From Heterodontus francisci (Eukaryota), in contig NC_090399.1 in the NCBI RefSeq assembly GCF_036365525.1, positions 20,160,529 to 20,224,528 of the forward strand: a stretch of DNA of 64,000 bases, read 5' to 3'. Every line of letters begins with the position of its first letter. Positions within the stretch are counted from its first letter, which is position 1. Positions 60,517 through 64,000 of the stretch are shown one piece after another. The notes under the pieces are model-generated. The model was not told the DNA's origin, did not search any database, and saw only the letters and a program-made list of their open reading frames with translations. Position numbers and translations under genes: made by a program.

Positions 60517-63500
60517 TTGTTGAATAAAGTAAGTGAAATCAAACTTCAATTAATTGCCTGGCATTTTCTTTGCAACTTTGCACAATGTCTTTTAAAGTTC
60601 TAAGGGCAACACATCCCACAGTTTGGAAGAGTCCACTTGATTTATAGATTCCAATAAGAATTTGAACAAGTTGAGGAGGCAGAGTCATCCCCTTCAGAAT
60701 CTCTGGTTACGTTTGTTTATCCGGTTATTAATGTCCACGCACTTTGAATGCCGAATTGGAGGATGATGTGACATAGCAGAGCGCCTTGACAGGTTCAAAT
60801 AATAAAGATCTTTCAACACACTGACATCCGAATTTGGAGCAGGAGTGGGCCAATCGTTCCTTCAAGCCTTCTCCGCCATTTGATAAGATCATGGCAGATC
60901 TGGTTATGGCCTCAAATTTCCTGTCTACCTGATGTAACGCTGACTCCCTTATCAATCAGGATTCTATCTAAAACAGCACCTCAAGAGTCAGATCACCATG
61001 AAATACAATGGGATATTGTGTTTGATGGCAGGTGTTATGGAATATATATATCGAGATTTAGTGGTGAATCTCTCCCAGACTTTTGTGAGACCAAACCCGC
61101 AGTATTTTGTGCTCTTTTGGACTCAACACTGTTGGCCAATTTGGATGTAATAGTGAGGACACAGCGTAGTAAACTCACTAGCAAGATGTCGGACATGAAT
61201 AAATCCAAATATGAAAAATGAGTTCGTTCTCAATCAGAAGAGAAGAGATTTCAGGCTGAATTAATAGAGATAGTTGCAGTAATGAAAGCCTGGAGCAGAA
61301 TAGATAGATGCAACGATTGATGGGTCTATCAGCAGTGAACATAGATCTTGAGAGTAAATGAAAGAGATTTAGGACAGAGAATAGAAGAAACTTTGTGACA
61401 CCTAGAATTGTGAAGCTGTGACTTGGATTTTTGGAGTTATTGATTGAAGCAGAGACTGTGACAACTTTAACGGGTTTGATATGATGTTTAAAGACCAATG
61501 AATAAAGTAATATTGGAGCAGTGCGACCAGATATGATTAAAACTATTGCTTATGTAGATGACAAATACAGACATGGGTTGATCTGCCCCAACGACCTGCT
61601 TTCGTGTTGCAATTTCTATGAAATTCATTTTTTCGTGTGGTAATTGATTTGCTTTCTTCTGCTGGCAAGACTTCATGTCTGGCCAATTCCTTGCAGCCCT
61701 GAGGATGTGATGGCCAGCCTTCAATTTTACCTGCTGCTCTCCTTCTGATGGTGCAGCAGCGATGATGCCAGGAAGGGAATCCCAGGATACAGATACAGCG
61801 ACCATGAACAAATTGTGACATATGTCTAAGCTAGAATGGTATGTGACTTACAAATGATGATGTTCCAATGACATTTTGTCCCTGTGCTTCTCGGTGGGAG
61901 AGGTTACAGGTGAGGAAGGTCCTGTCGAATTAAACTTGATGGCTTGCTGCAGTGCATCCGATAAACTGTATTTTCAGGAACCATCGTGTGTCAGCTGCAG
62001 AGGGAAGGACACTGAGCTCAGGGACATGGGCACTGATGAAGGGAACTGCTCTGTCCCGTATGAGATCGAGCTTCTTGAGTTATATAGTTCCTGCACCCAT
62101 CCTGTCGATTGGTCTATATTCCCTCACACACCTGACTTGTGGCCTTTACTTGATGTTGAGGATTTGGAACGGGATCGGAGTGAAGGGAGAGGTCCGAGCG
62201 GATGTGTGCCACTCGGAGACGCCATGGTACTGATAGTTAGTTTGTAAAACAATATCAAATTGATGCAGTATGTATTGCTCTTCTGAGATTTCAACCGAAG
62301 AAATGGGTTGCAGCAAAGTAGAGGAAGTTTCTTCAGTCTCCATTTAAGCTGTGCTCCAGCTGACCTCAGCGTGTCTCCACGCAAAACTGTGAAAATTCTT
62401 GGCAATGCTTACAAGCTCAATCAGGCTGATCATGTAAGACATTCTATTCTCTCATTAATAGTGAATCTTTTACAAAGGCAATGAATAAAACGGATCTGGT
62501 GGCTACCTCAACACGGTGCAGGGTTGGCACCCCAACGTTCTCCCGACGTCGGGTTCCCGACCCCCAGAAGGAAAATCCTTTTCACCAAAAGGAGGCACGG
62601 TTGACTTGGCAACAAGTCCACTGTCACACTGAGGCCCTGTCACTAACTGAAAAACGACAGGTGGGAAACCTTCCAGCGCTCTCGACAAGTCTTTTCTTTT
62701 CCCCTTGCAGAACCTGCGTTTCCAGTTTTTTTTTAACTTTCTGTCGTTTGGAAATCCCACAGACGATGGTCTAATCTTCATTCTCAATATGGATGGGATA
62801 ACCAGCGGGATTCCTGCAGAAATAATTTCCCTATCCCTCTCCACGTTATGGCAGGAGATGGGGAGAACCCACCCACAACCACATCCTCTCCCACCCATTG
62901 GAAATTCCATCCCTCAAAAATATTTCTTCTTTCAGAATATTTCGGAGCTGTGTCATATTGTTCTTGTATTTGACAGAGAGTTGGACCTTGTGATTGAGAA
63001 ACTGCAGGTATGTTTCAGGCCGTTGACCCAATATAAATGGCCTCCTTCATTTTGCAGCACATCTCATGACCTTGGGTTTCTACTTGCTTTTGGCTTGACC
63101 AAATGTTCTCGTTTCGCCCTCGTTCCTGCTCTCGAGCAGTGGCTTTTACTGAATTTTCTTTTCTTCACATAACTCAGATATGACATGATCACCCATTTTG
63201 CAGCATTATCCAAATTTAAAATTGCACCACCACCACCGCACAACTCCCCTCATCCCTCGCTCAGTTCCAACCCTAGAAGAAACCATTCTGTCCTTTTTCA
63301 GCGTGGTAGCATTCTTGCCTCCTCGTCAGAACGTCACCAGAGACTTAAACGCACAATCTCGGCTGCCGCTCCAGTGAGGGAGTGCTGCACTGTCGTAGGT
63401 GCTATCTTGTGGATGAGACATTAAACCAAGGCCCTGCCTGCCCTCTCAGGTGGACGGAAAAGACGCTGTGTCACTATTTTAAGGACTTCACCCCTTCCTC

Positions 63501-64000
63501 GGCTCTTCGGCTGCTGAAACCCTCATCCAGGACTTTGTTACCTTTCGACTTGACTATTCCAATGTTCTTACGACCAGTCTTCCACATTCTTCCCTCATAA
63601 ATTTGAGGGCATCCTAAACCTTGCTCCCCACGTCTGAACACACACCAAGTCCTGTTCACCAACACCCCTGTGTTTGCTGACTCATTTTGGCTATCAGTTT
63701 AGTAATAAATTGATTTTAAAATTCCCATCCTTGTTTTCAAATGCCACCATGGTCTCACCCCTCCCTATCTCTGTAATCTCCTACAGCCCCACAACCCTCT
63801 GGGATATCGACACTGCCCGACCTGAACCCGATGGGACCTGACATGTGTCTGGTGCGGGTTGGGTCACTCTTCTGGGCCCGGTTTTCGGGATTATGTCGGG
63901 TCTGAGTCAGACACACACAGTATTAATTGGACTTGAAAGGTTGTTTAAAAGGATTAAGATTGGAGCCATGAAGTCAGTGATTGTTTGGTCACAAGGTAAA

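Larger units (their letters stand above)
53516..64000 (+). repeat. Tandem segmental duplication unit 4 (partial, runs off the window)
   Basis: Colinear with the other units up to the MITE. Confidence 0.93.

Overview
Vertebrate genomic DNA, most likely from a cartilaginous fish; this is inferred from HE1-type V-SINEs, a SacSINE1-type DeuSINE, abundant CR1 fragments and the receptor family. The window is a head-to-tail tandem array of a ~16.6-kb unit, operationally starting at ~385, ~21335, ~36860 and ~53516 (last unit truncated). Each unit carries one intact two-exon, 320-aa class A GPCR gene of the GPR139/GPR142-like family on the + strand: a 64-nt coding exon 1, a ~2.1-kb phase-1 GT-AG intron inside TM1, and an 899-nt exon 2. 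The ORF track misses exon 1 and starts these ORFs in the intron. The four paralogues alternate between two promoter/5' types (A-B-A-B), are recombinant mosaics, and differ mostly by amino-acid-changing substitutions, many on the extracellular side. The rest of each unit is shared old repeat debris: Gypsy LTR remnants, CR1/L2 fragments, SINEs, a hAT-like MITE with a long internal palindrome, and a CA-rich minisatellite. Younger events are a 3.9-kb CR1 LINE present at two unit junctions and absent at two, a V-SINE in the intron of copy 4, and a 1.1-kb deletion upstream of copy 2. The CR1 ORF1/ORF2 junction carries a U-UUA-AAC slippery heptamer followed by a stop, and ORF2 has no AUG before its endonuclease domain. 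All alignments and counts were done by eye.
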